Part shown: positions 54,834-63,014 of the stretch, piece by piece
How positions within the stretch are numbered: the first letter of the stretch is position 1
Layout of the letters: every line of letters begins with the position of its first letter
Source of the DNA: an uncultured Candidatus Saccharibacteria bacterium
GTDB lineage: Bacteria; Patescibacteriota; Saccharimonadia; Saccharimonadales; JACDBH01
NCBI GenBank assembly: GCA_964644965.1
Contig: CAZXYN010000006.1
Location: 1-63,042 of the forward strand
DNA length: 63,042 bases
Direction: 5' to 3'
Position numbers and translations under genes: made by a program
The notes under the pieces: generated by a model
What the model was told of the DNA's origin: nothing
The model's database searches: none
What the model saw: the letters and a program-made list of their open reading frames with translations, nothing else

Positions 54834-55856
54834 GAGTCCAGCAGCGACACCAAAGTGGTTAGACACACCCAGTAGCTCATTCTGACGCTCGGCCGGGAAT
54901 GCGATGTTCCGCCATGCATTACCTATCTCTACATTGATACCGAACTTATTAGCAAGATACAGTGGAAATTCTGGTAGCACCGATGCGCCACCTGTTACGA
55001 TGATTCGCTCTAGTTTGACACTTGGGTAGCGGCCTAGGAAGAATTTGATCGACTTATCGACGTCGTTTACTAGCAAATCAACTGTACCTAGGATCGCATT
55101 GTAGATTTGGCCCTCTAGTTTATCCTTGCCCATACCAAATTTGAACACAAATTGTTGAGCCTGCTTGTCATCAATATTCAGGTTCTGTGAAGCCGAGCGT
55201 ACGATTGCGTCAGTACCTGTTGGCAATGAGCGAATCAGGCGCGGTGCGTTGCCCATAGCTATAACAATATCTGTGGTCTTGCTACCTACATCTATCACCA
55301 TGACTGGTGCCGCGTTATCGGGTGGTGTTAGTGCGCGGGCTAGGCCTAGGCTGTCTGGCTCAAATGCGATTACATTTAGGCCAATTGACTCGAGCATATC
55401 TAGACGTGACTCAATAAACTCATTGGGTACACTGCTGAGCAGTACTTCTACTTTGTCCTTCTCTTTTGGAGAATCTCCCAGTAATGCCCAGTCTAATTTA
55501 CTCTCTGACACTGGCATTGGTATTAGCGAGTCTGCTTGATACATCAGTGTCTTTTGCAGTTCCGATGGCTGCAAGCGTTCCATGTCTACTACCGTAGTGA
55601 ACACACGGTTAGAGGGCAGGCCTACGGCAACGTCTTTGGTGGTAATCTTGGCCTGATCTAGCAAATCACGGATTACAGCCAGGACTTTCTGCTGGTCTGC
55701 CTTGGCGTCAGACATGCCGATATTACCCTCTAGCGGTGCATAGCCGTAGCGAACCAACGCTTTGGTTGGACCACTGCCTCTCAGCTGCACAACGCGAACT
55801 GCCGTTGTACCGATGTCGAGTCCGAAGAAACTTGATACCCCACTCAGTATGCTCAT
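54816..55856 (-). CDS. pilM: Type IV pilus assembly protein PilM (actin-like ATPase fold)
   Basis: 346 aa with GLDIGTTAVRVVQL, IDVGSKTTDIVI and VTGGASVLPEF. Confidence 0.85.
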   Translation of the reverse strand: MSILSGVSSFFGLDIGTTAVRVVQLRGSGPTKALVRYGYAPLEGNIGMSDAKADQQKVLAVIRDLLDQAKITTKDVAVGLPSNRVFTTVVDMERLQPSELQKTLMYQADSLIPMPVSESKLDWALLGDSPKEKDKVEVLLSSVPNEFIESRLDMLESIGLNVIAFEPDSLGLARALTPPDNAAPVMVIDVGSKTTDIVIAMGNAPRLIRSLPTGTDAIVRSASQNLNIDDKQAQQFVFKFGMGKDKLEGQIYNAILGTVDLLVNDVDKSIKFFLGRYPSVKLERIIVTGGASVLPEFPLYLANKFGINVEIGNAWRNIAFPAERQNELLGVSNHFGVAAGLAERAE

Positions 55857-56007
55857 CCTGTTAGAGCTCCGTTCCCTTTGTTGTTTGTATCTTGATTAGC
55901 TGCTTCATTGCCCACCTTATTCATTGTCCCTGTAACCATCTAGAGATTCTAACGGGACTCATAATTATCTAAAGTATAGCATAAGGGTTATGAAATCTAG
56001 TGTTTTC

Positions 56008-58416
56008 TTAGTAAATTGGCGGCAATGATTTTATAGATTGATAGGCACCAACCGCATTTGGATTGATTGCCCCTGATCCTGCAGAGCTGGCTGGCCGGCG
56101 CAGCGGGCTTGGTGCTAGGTACATTTCTGGCGTGTAGTTGATGATTTCGGCGATGTTACCGCCATTGGCAATACTCTCGCCAACTACAGCATCACGCAGT
56201 GTTCCGTTCATACGCAGGAATCGAATATCATTTGATACCAGTCCACCATTTACAACTAGCTGGTTTCGACAGTTGTCGAATACGTTACTAGCATCATACA
56301 GATTTCCTGGGCTCTGGGCACAGGTGTAAATTGTTCCACCTTGCGAAATATAAAGCCCGTCAAGACGAGTAACATTACCAGCAATTCGTATGTCGCCCTG
56401 TGCGATTATGACAAGGTACGGACTCTGTGCCCATGAACCAGCTGCCGAGTAGACGATATTGTTTCTTACCATGACATCACCTTCTACATAGATTGCGGCT
56501 TGTGATCCTACTGGTACAGTCAAGCCATTGATGTTTGTCGTACCACCGCTAGCAAAATATTGGCCTCTCCCGGCACTGATTGAACCCGTCCAGTTTCCTC
56601 TGTTGATAGATGCATCGCGTGTATCGTTGTAATAGTCAGTCAAACAGCGCCCATCGCCTCTTGCGCCGCCATACGTAGCCGACCCGGTGTTGGCTATTGT
56701 TAGGCCTTTTGGCTGATTGGCGGGTCTATTTGATGCCGAATAGAATTCGTTGATTGTCAGCAGTGAACTTACTGTCAGTTGTGCCGACGCACCAACATAA
56801 TCAGACCCACGTTGTCCTGTCCAAGCATGAATTCCACCCCTGCCCGAGTCCGGAGTACAGCTGCCGCTACCAACCGCTCCTCCGGTCATAACTTCCCCAC
56901 CAAAGGTTTTTAGATACGACTTTAAACCAATTGAGACAGGTGTGCTACAAGGGGGTGGGTCGGACGGTATTTGCAACTTTGCCTGTATATTATATACACC
57001 AGGTGTGTTGGAATATACCCCTGTAATCGTAATGAGTTGATCATCACTTGGAGCGACTGGACCATAGGCAAGATTCATCCCAGGTGGCGGAGAAATGCCA
57101 CTTAGTCCCGGCGTAGAGCTAATAACTAATTGTCCATCTGAGCTGCTAATACTAGGGCTACCTGATGGACTAGTGTTACGCACCGAAACTTGCACATCAA
57201 AAGTTTCCCCTACCTCAAATGATCCGGGCGGGACAATACTACACGTCGCAGTAGCTGCGGGGGCAGCAACGATGATATTGCTACCACATCTCGGCCCAAA
57301 CCAGCCAAATGGTCCGTCTTGCATAATGCGCCATTCGTATGGATATGATCCTGGTGCAGCCGGTGCTGTGCGAGTAAAACTAAACGTCACAGTAGCACCT
57401 GGCGGTACCGAGCTAACTAGGGGTGAAGTGCTACTTAGATATATGCGATCCTCTGGAGTATCTGGAGGACCGTTTGTCAGATAGTTATTCGTAGAATGAT
57501 GAGCGCTACCAAGCCTAAAATTACTGTCCCATGTAACACCGCCGGTATTTTGAACTCTCACTTGATACGTAAACGGTTGTCCGGCAACTATAGCACCGAC
57601 AGGAGATGCACTGATACACTGGGCAACAGCTGCAGGTGGTGGCGGATAACGAAAAGTCATTATAAAGTTTACACCGTAACCACTAGGCCAGGTATTCCAA
57701 ATCTGCAACCTGATAGGAGTGGTTGTAAGCCCTTGTGCGTTTGGACTAAATAGAGCTGTGTAGTTTTGTGTACCGTAATTCATAAAACCGGCACCTCTCC
57801 AAGCATTAGAGCTTCGAGTTACAGCAGGGTTACTAATTGTTCCTGGTGCATTTCCAACTCCATTAGTGTAAATGTCTGGAGGGCAGAATCCCAAGAATGA
57901 AACCCCACTGCAATGAGCGAAGAAGTTATGGTTTGGGAAGATGACGAGACTCGCATCATCTTGCGCCACCGAATGAGAACCATCTGGAGCAGTACAGTTA
58001 GTTACATTTACCATACCGCCGACTATAGGAGCCCCACAAATTTGCGACCATGGTGGTGCACGGTACCCCGAACCATCACCTGCGGCATGCCCCAACCACG
58101 CCTGGTTCGCTGTGCGACCGTTATAGGATAGTGAATTCCCTGCATCGAACTGACAGTCAGCGACTGCATTGTAACCCGTAACATTACCCTCTGGATAAGT
58201 AGCATTAACATTTATCGTCCTATAGGTAGTGCCATCCGGCATTGTCTGGATGCCTTTCTCGCCATAGCTACAACCTATAACAAACTGTGCTTGAGCTCTA
58301 CCTATAAAGATTGCCAGTCCTGCAATAACGGGAATAATCAACAAAACACCTGAAAATAACAGTGTATGCTTGCGTGAAATCAATACAGACCCTTTAATTG
58401 TCAGCCTCCTGTTCAA
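56008..58416 (-). CDS. Large secreted/membrane-anchored protein with NBR1-like Ig domain(s), upstream of the pilus operon
   Basis: 802 aa with an N-terminal TM (LLFSGVLLIIPVIAGLAIFI). The segment VRVQNTGGVTWDSNFRLGS...GSYPYEWRIMQDGPFGWFG parallels the domain in the 5140-6777 product. The C-terminal region looks beta-helix-like. Confidence 0.6.
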   Translation of the reverse strand: MNRRLTIKGSVLISRKHTLLFSGVLLIIPVIAGLAIFIGRAQAQFVIGCSYGEKGIQTMPDGTTYRTINVNATYPEGNVTGYNAVADCQFDAGNSLSYNGRTANQAWLGHAAGDGSGYRAPPWSQICGAPIVGGMVNVTNCTAPDGSHSVAQDDASLVIFPNHNFFAHCSGVSFLGFCPPDIYTNGVGNAPGTISNPAVTRSSNAWRGAGFMNYGTQNYTALFSPNAQGLTTTPIRLQIWNTWPSGYGVNFIMTFRYPPPPAAVAQCISASPVGAIVAGQPFTYQVRVQNTGGVTWDSNFRLGSAHHSTNNYLTNGPPDTPEDRIYLSSTSPLVSSVPPGATVTFSFTRTAPAAPGSYPYEWRIMQDGPFGWFGPRCGSNIIVAAPAATATCSIVPPGSFEVGETFDVQVSVRNTSPSGSPSISSSDGQLVISSTPGLSGISPPPGMNLAYGPVAPSDDQLITITGVYSNTPGVYNIQAKLQIPSDPPPCSTPVSIGLKSYLKTFGGEVMTGGAVGSGSCTPDSGRGGIHAWTGQRGSDYVGASAQLTVSSLLTINEFYSASNRPANQPKGLTIANTGSATYGGARGDGRCLTDYYNDTRDASINRGNWTGSISAGRGQYFASGGTTNINGLTVPVGSQAAIYVEGDVMVRNNIVYSAAGSWAQSPYLVIIAQGDIRIAGNVTRLDGLYISQGGTIYTCAQSPGNLYDASNVFDNCRNQLVVNGGLVSNDIRFLRMNGTLRDAVVGESIANGGNIAEIINYTPEMYLAPSPLRRPASSAGSGAINPNAVGAYQSIKSLPPIY

Positions 58417-58975
58417 GGTCCGAAACTATAGACTCGATGAATGCAATTTGGTCACTATTGTCAGATGATGTATCAAGTCGCATGAATTCTATCGACTTCT
58501 TGTAATACTCTATTGATCCATCAACATCGCCCTCTGCGTAATAAAGTTGTGCCAGGACGGTAAAATCATTAGTGCCAAAGTAGTCGACAGATGCACCCTC
58601 CGCTGCTATTTTTTTCTCTATTATATCTATAGCTTCGCGATTTGTCTGAGGGTTAGGTTCTGTATCATCTTGGTCCTGTGCCTCGCTTATATAGTTAGGT
58701 ACTTTGTACTCTTCACCCTCAAATACTACTGTTTCATAACCAAGCCCTAGGTCAGGCTCAGAATCGGAAATGTATTCTTTCCAGGCAAAATATGCTCCGC
58801 CAGCCAGTACGGCTACTAATAGGATTGCGATAAGTACAAAAAACCATTTTTTTGGCAGGCCAAGAATCTTCTTATCGAAGCTACCCACTGTCATATTTTT
58901 CTTTTCATCACTCATTGTGACTAATACCTTTGTCCACGCATGTTGCTTATGTCTACCATTGTAGTCATCAAACAC
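58394..58975 (-). CDS. Membrane-anchored protein with TPR-like C-terminus
   Basis: One TM (WFFVLIAILLVAVLAGGAYFAW) and AQLYYAEGDVDGSIEYYKKSIEF. An alternative start is ATG 58915. Confidence 0.45.
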   Translation of the reverse strand: MFDDYNGRHKQHAWTKVLVTMSDEKKNMTVGSFDKKILGLPKKWFFVLIAILLVAVLAGGAYFAWKEYISDSEPDLGLGYETVVFEGEEYKVPNYISEAQDQDDTEPNPQTNREAIDIIEKKIAAEGASVDYFGTNDFTVLAQLYYAEGDVDGSIEYYKKSIEFMRLDTSSDNSDQIAFIESIVSDLEQEADN

Positions 58976-59235
58976 ATCTAGCGCAACTGTTGCCTATATT
59001 TTGAAACCTTAGTCAATTTTCTAGTATTTAGAATATCTCAAATGTTTCAAAAGGGGGTGTTTGCGACATATTCAGACTGGGGCTATCCGTGAGGATAACG
59101 ATCGCAAAAGGAGGTGGTGGGGTTGGGAGCTGTTTTCGTACCTGGTTGGCACGCGAACATTTGCAGAGACAGTGCTGTCTCGCTCCCTTCCTCACCTCTT
59201 ACCAATCAGGCAAAACTTCTACCTGGTCGGTGGTA

Positions 59236-61803
59236 CTACTGGGTGATGATGCCGTTGTGACGACGCCTGCCGAAGAAGACACCGGCGAAACCGAGAGCGA
59301 GGAGGCCGAGGCCAAGGCGCAATGGTCCATCAGTGTCGCTACCGGTGTTGGGAAGTGACGACTCAGATGGCGGGCTGCTGGTTGGAACGTAGCAGTTGCC
59401 ATTTTCATCGATCTTCTGTCCATCCGGGAGCACAGGCTGGTCACCAGTGACGTTCGGACAGACATCCACCGGCGGTGGCGGTGGTGGCACGGGGCACGGG
59501 GTCTGCTCCTCGGCGGTCAAGTCGCGTGTGCGCGTCTCGGTCACCGTGGTGGCGTTGTCCGTGTCCTCGACCCACTCGCCGTCGACCCAGATGTACGGGG
59601 TTGTGGTGCGGGTTGTGGTCTGCGTGACGGTGGTGTCGTCACACTTCCACTCGCCGTCGGTCCACTCGCCGTACTCCACCTTCGGGTCCGGCCTGGGAGT
59701 CTCCTCGCAGTCGTTGTAGACCTTGAGGCTGCTGCCCTTGCGGCCGCCCTGCGGGGTGAGCTGGGTGGCCGGAGCCTCCGTGGTCACCTCACAAGACCAA
59801 CCGTCCGGCACGTTGTACTCCTCGGTGACGTCGATGATGCTGACGCCGATGGGGAGGACGAACTCGGACGGACCGTCGACGATGTCGCCGTCAGCATTGA
59901 AGGTCACCGTCACCGGCTCCCTGTCATCGCTGAAGCTGTACGTCAACTCGGCCGTCGAAACCCCAGGCACCTCGTTCACCCAGATCTTCTTCGGGTGGAC
60001 GACGTACGTGTTGGGCTGGCAGTCGTTGACCACCGTCACCGTGACAACACCGTTGTTGTCTGCCGGCGAGTAGAGGTAGTCCGCAACCTCACAGGTGAAA
60101 CCCTCGGCGCTGTAGGTCTCCGTGATGACGAGCTGATCCCCCTCAACGAGGAAGAAAGGCTCATCCGTGTCACGGTTACCGTCAGCGTCGATGCTGTACG
60201 TCTTGGAGCCGCTGTTCTCGCCCGAGAGGGTGATCGAAGTGGATCCCTCGACGTCCTGCAGCCAGGTCTTGGCCGGGATGTACGGTGTACCGCACGGAAC
60301 GATCTGGGCTCCCGTGATGGGATCGAAGACAGTCAGCAGGTTGCCCTGCAAGTCCTCTGCCCAGGGGCTGACGGTCGCACCCGCTGGAACACCCACCGGA
60401 ACACCGGGTTCGGCAACGACAGCCGTCGGCACGCCCTCCACGAGGAGTGGGTACTTGACGACAACGCCATTGACAGCAACCGCTGTGAAGGTGGTCGCAT
60501 ACTGAGTGCCGTTCGGGAGAGTCCCGAGAATCCCGCACTCAGCGTTGGTGACGATCGGCGGAACCGGATCGTCATGGCAGTCCACGGTGAGCACGCCATT
60601 GCCACCCTCGGTACCTCCGTACACAGCCCACGTCGGGTTGGGACCCGTTGAGTGCTGATGGAGGAACTCCGGCTCGAACGGGTTGTCCGGGCCGATGAGA
60701 GTCTGCGGAAGCGTGTCGTGGCCGATGTAGATGTCCACTTGCTCACACATGCGATCGCCGGGGGCGATGTACTCTACAGCGTTGGCCTGTCCGGTCGTGG
60801 TGACCGAGTAGAGGTTCGTGCCGATGAGGGTCTGAGGCCAGATGGACTCGTTCTCCTCGTCGTTCACGAAATCCCAGCCAGTCGCCTGGAACAGCACCGG
60901 ATCACACGGATCGAGCTCGTCACTCAACCAGACCTTGCCCGAGCCGGTGGCCGGATCGAAGGTATGGCTGAGAGTCGGGTTGCTCTCACACGTGGTCTCC
61001 GGTGGGATGCAGTCCGGTGTGATCGTGATCTCGTCGAGCAGCGTCCCACCACCAGTCGCGGCGGTGATGACACTGTCGGCCTCGATCAGTCGGGCAACAA
61101 CGGTGATGCCCTCCATGGAGGACGTACCACCGGGCATCTCGTAGCGCTCAACTGCACCGGGGGCATTACCCTCGATACCGAAGGTGTTGAGGAACGGACC
61201 ACCGTTGAAGCTCCGAAAGAGGTACACGTTCGTGAACTCAGGGTCGGCGACCTCGTTCGGACCGATCGGATCCCGCGTGTAGTCGAATCCGAACAAGTCG
61301 GGTTCGCACGTGGAGAAGATCGATCCGCTCTGCCCTGGTGTCACCGTGGTGGTCTGGGTTTCGACCTTGCCCTTGCAGACGATCCAGTGCGACACGTTGG
61401 CGGGCTGGCCACCAGCGTTGTTCGGCGCCGCGTAGGGCGTACCGGCCACGGGCTTAGGGTACACGTTGTTCCCCGGTCCGTTGCCCAGATCGACGTTGCC
61501 GCCCTTGACGACGAGCAGCGAGTAGTGGTCACCGAACCAGCTCTGGTTGAACGGGTTCAGCGTCACCGTGTTGCCGCTGCTGCTGCCATGGGCATTGGTG
61601 CTGCCGCCGGCCTGGTTGGCCTGGTGATCGAAGCACTGGTTGGCCTCGGATCCACCGGGAAGCGTTGTCTCCCAGTAGTCCGGGCTGTTGTAGTTGGGGC
61701 CGGGATCCGCCTCCGCGAAGGAGCCGGGTACGACCATCGTCACCGAAGCGATGATGGTCGCCACGAGTGCAACGAGCAGAGCTCGTCGCCTCTTGGTTTG
61801 CAT
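59236..61803 (-). CDS. High-GC LPXTG cell-wall-anchored surface protein (actinobacterial-type adhesin architecture)
   Basis: 855 aa. AGGAGG lies 4 nt before the ATG. The signal peptide is MQTKRRRALLVALVATIIASVTMVVPGSFAEA. Repeated Cys-containing Ig/Cna-B-like modules are followed by a Thr-rich and PPPPPP stalk. The C-terminus carries LPNTG, a hydrophobic stretch, then RRRH. Third codon positions are strongly G/C-biased, unlike all neighbouring genes. Confidence 0.85.
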   Translation of the reverse strand: MQTKRRRALLVALVATIIASVTMVVPGSFAEADPGPNYNSPDYWETTLPGGSEANQCFDHQANQAGGSTNAHGSSSGNTVTLNPFNQSWFGDHYSLLVVKGGNVDLGNGPGNNVYPKPVAGTPYAAPNNAGGQPANVSHWIVCKGKVETQTTTVTPGQSGSIFSTCEPDLFGFDYTRDPIGPNEVADPEFTNVYLFRSFNGGPFLNTFGIEGNAPGAVERYEMPGGTSSMEGITVVARLIEADSVITAATGGGTLLDEITITPDCIPPETTCESNPTLSHTFDPATGSGKVWLSDELDPCDPVLFQATGWDFVNDEENESIWPQTLIGTNLYSVTTTGQANAVEYIAPGDRMCEQVDIYIGHDTLPQTLIGPDNPFEPEFLHQHSTGPNPTWAVYGGTEGGNGVLTVDCHDDPVPPIVTNAECGILGTLPNGTQYATTFTAVAVNGVVVKYPLLVEGVPTAVVAEPGVPVGVPAGATVSPWAEDLQGNLLTVFDPITGAQIVPCGTPYIPAKTWLQDVEGSTSITLSGENSGSKTYSIDADGNRDTDEPFFLVEGDQLVITETYSAEGFTCEVADYLYSPADNNGVVTVTVVNDCQPNTYVVHPKKIWVNEVPGVSTAELTYSFSDDREPVTVTFNADGDIVDGPSEFVLPIGVSIIDVTEEYNVPDGWSCEVTTEAPATQLTPQGGRKGSSLKVYNDCEETPRPDPKVEYGEWTDGEWKCDDTTVTQTTTRTTTPYIWVDGEWVEDTDNATTVTETRTRDLTAEEQTPCPVPPPPPPVDVCPNVTGDQPVLPDGQKIDENGNCYVPTSSPPSESSLPNTGSDTDGPLRLGLGLLALGFAGVFFGRRRHNGIITQ

Positions 61804-61942
61804 GTGTCCTCCTAGGGGGACTCGGGAATGTTACTGGTTTACTGCGCGGTACTGCACTACTTACACGTGTAGGTACTACAGGTACTACAAGATGATCGAA
61901 GAACAATCCGAAAAAAGTTCCCTACTTGCCCGTTTTCCATCA

Positions 61943-61997
61943 TTCAGAAAGCGGACGATAATGCTCTAGTCCTAGAGCACATGGTCCGCTTTCTGAA
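61943..61997. repeat. Two-tier perfect hairpin inside the cassette, upstream of the LPXTG gene
   Basis: The outer arms are TTCAGAAAGCGGAC (61943-61956) and GTCCGCTTTCTGAA (61984-61997). The inner arms are TGCTCTAG and CTAGAGCA. Confidence 0.8.
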
Positions 61998-62178
61998 ATA
62001 ACAGTAGTATGTTAGCAATTATTTTCAGTCTGAATATGTCAATGAGCTCTTATGACGCGTACTTGGCTAACTCGATAGCAAAGCCATCCGTCCTTACCGT
62101 TCCAAAACGTCAAAGATAACTACTATTTTAGTCTATTTTACTATTTTTGTCAATATTTCCTCCACCCCACAACCCATT

Positions 62179-62197
62179 TTAAGGGTCTCACCCTTAA
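62179..62197. repeat. REP-like hairpin, left of the Y1 transposase gene
   Basis: TTAAGGGT-CTC-ACCCTTAA. Confidence 0.7.
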
Positions 62198-62219
62198 CAG
62201 AGATATATTACTGCAAATA

Positions 62220-62228
62220 TGTTACAAT
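62220..62228 (+). promoter_or_regulatory. Extended -10 promoter element positioned for a leaderless transposase mRNA
   Basis: TGTTACAAT ends exactly 6 nt before the ATG at 62235, the same geometry as at 43150-43165. Confidence 0.45.
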
Positions 62229-62234
62229 CCCTCC

Positions 62235-62846
62235 ATGCCAGCCAAAAACGTAGTCAAACAGCTTCTGCCACATCACTATTATCACGTCTATAACCGTGGT
62301 GTAGCGAAGCAGAAAATATTCCTAGAGCAAGCTGATAAACGCTACTTTTTGAACCTTATCGACAGACACCTTAACCCTAATAATATTTCCACTATGAATA
62401 CTGGCCTACCCTACAAAAAATACCGGCTGAACCTAAACTGCTACTGCCTTATGGGCAATCATTTTCACTTTTTAGTACATACGCTAGAAGATCCGTCGAT
62501 GCTCACTGAATTTATGAGAAGTGTCGCGACTGCGTATACAATGTATTTTAACCTCAAGTACAAACGCGTAGGACCACTTTTTCAGGGTGCCTACAAAGCT
62601 TCCCAGATCACCAATGATTCTTATTTGCAGCATATTTCACGCTATATACATCTAAATCCAAGGAACTACAGCACGTACAAATACTCCAGCTACCAGGCGT
62701 TTTTAGGCTTAGATACCAAGCCATGGCTCAAACCACAAGATATATTGGACATCTTTGAAGGCAGCGATTACAAAAGTTTTGTAGAAAGTTACGAAGACCG
62801 CCAAGATATGTTAAGTCGGATTAAGCACGAGCTCGCCAATTATTAG
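62235..62846 (+). CDS. IS200/IS605-superfamily Y1 (HUH) transposase, REP-associated tyrosine transposase (RAYT)-like
   Basis: 203 aa. YHVYNRGVAKQKIF is followed by the HUH motif GNHFHFLV and the catalytic Tyr region SRYIHLNPRN. Confidence 0.8.
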   Translation: MPAKNVVKQLLPHHYYHVYNRGVAKQKIFLEQADKRYFLNLIDRHLNPNNISTMNTGLPYKKYRLNLNCYCLMGNHFHFLVHTLEDPSMLTEFMRSVATAYTMYFNLKYKRVGPLFQGAYKASQITNDSYLQHISRYIHLNPRNYSTYKYSSYQAFLGLDTKPWLKPQDILDIFEGSDYKSFVESYEDRQDMLSRIKHELANY

Positions 62847-62869
62847 TTTTTTGCAGTTTCTTTAACCTG

Positions 62870-62906
62870 TTAAGGGTGAGACCCTTAACTTCTGACCCTT
62901 AACTTC
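62870..62906. repeat. REP-like hairpin (inverted relative to the left copy) plus tandem half-site
   Basis: GTTAAGGGT-GAG-ACCCTTAAC is the exact reverse complement of the left hairpin core. It is followed by GACCCTTAACTTC twice, at 62880 and 62894. Confidence 0.7.
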
Positions 62907-62985
62907 TCCAAAGGGTTATGGTTTAGTTGTTCTGAGATTTTTGTGTTTTGATTTAATCAATCAATTATAGCACGCTTATGTTTAT

Positions 62986-63014
62986 TTGTCAATCTAGTTC
63001 ACCTCTGTTAGAAT
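62986..63014 (+). promoter_or_regulatory. Sigma70-type promoter for a gene that starts at the window edge
   Basis: TTGTCA, a 17-nt spacer, then TAGAAT. ATG codons at 63016 and 63022 open a frame (MSLSIGI...) that runs off the window. Confidence 0.45.

Larger units (their letters stand above)
59065..62040. mobile_element. IR-bounded high-GC cassette (putative horizontally acquired, non-autonomous element)
   Basis: GACATATTCAGACTG (59065-59079) and its exact reverse complement (62026-62040) bracket the only strongly GC-rich gene in the window. No transposase lies inside. Confidence 0.45.

Noticed and set aside
60652-61815. A 387-aa plus-strand ORF, with several others between 59396 and 61969, antisense to the high-GC LPXTG gene
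   Set aside because: Long stop-free antisense frames are the expected artefact of a GC-rich gene. The translations are Arg/Gly/Val-rich with no motifs, there is no RBS, and they are fully contained in the well-supported minus-strand ORF.
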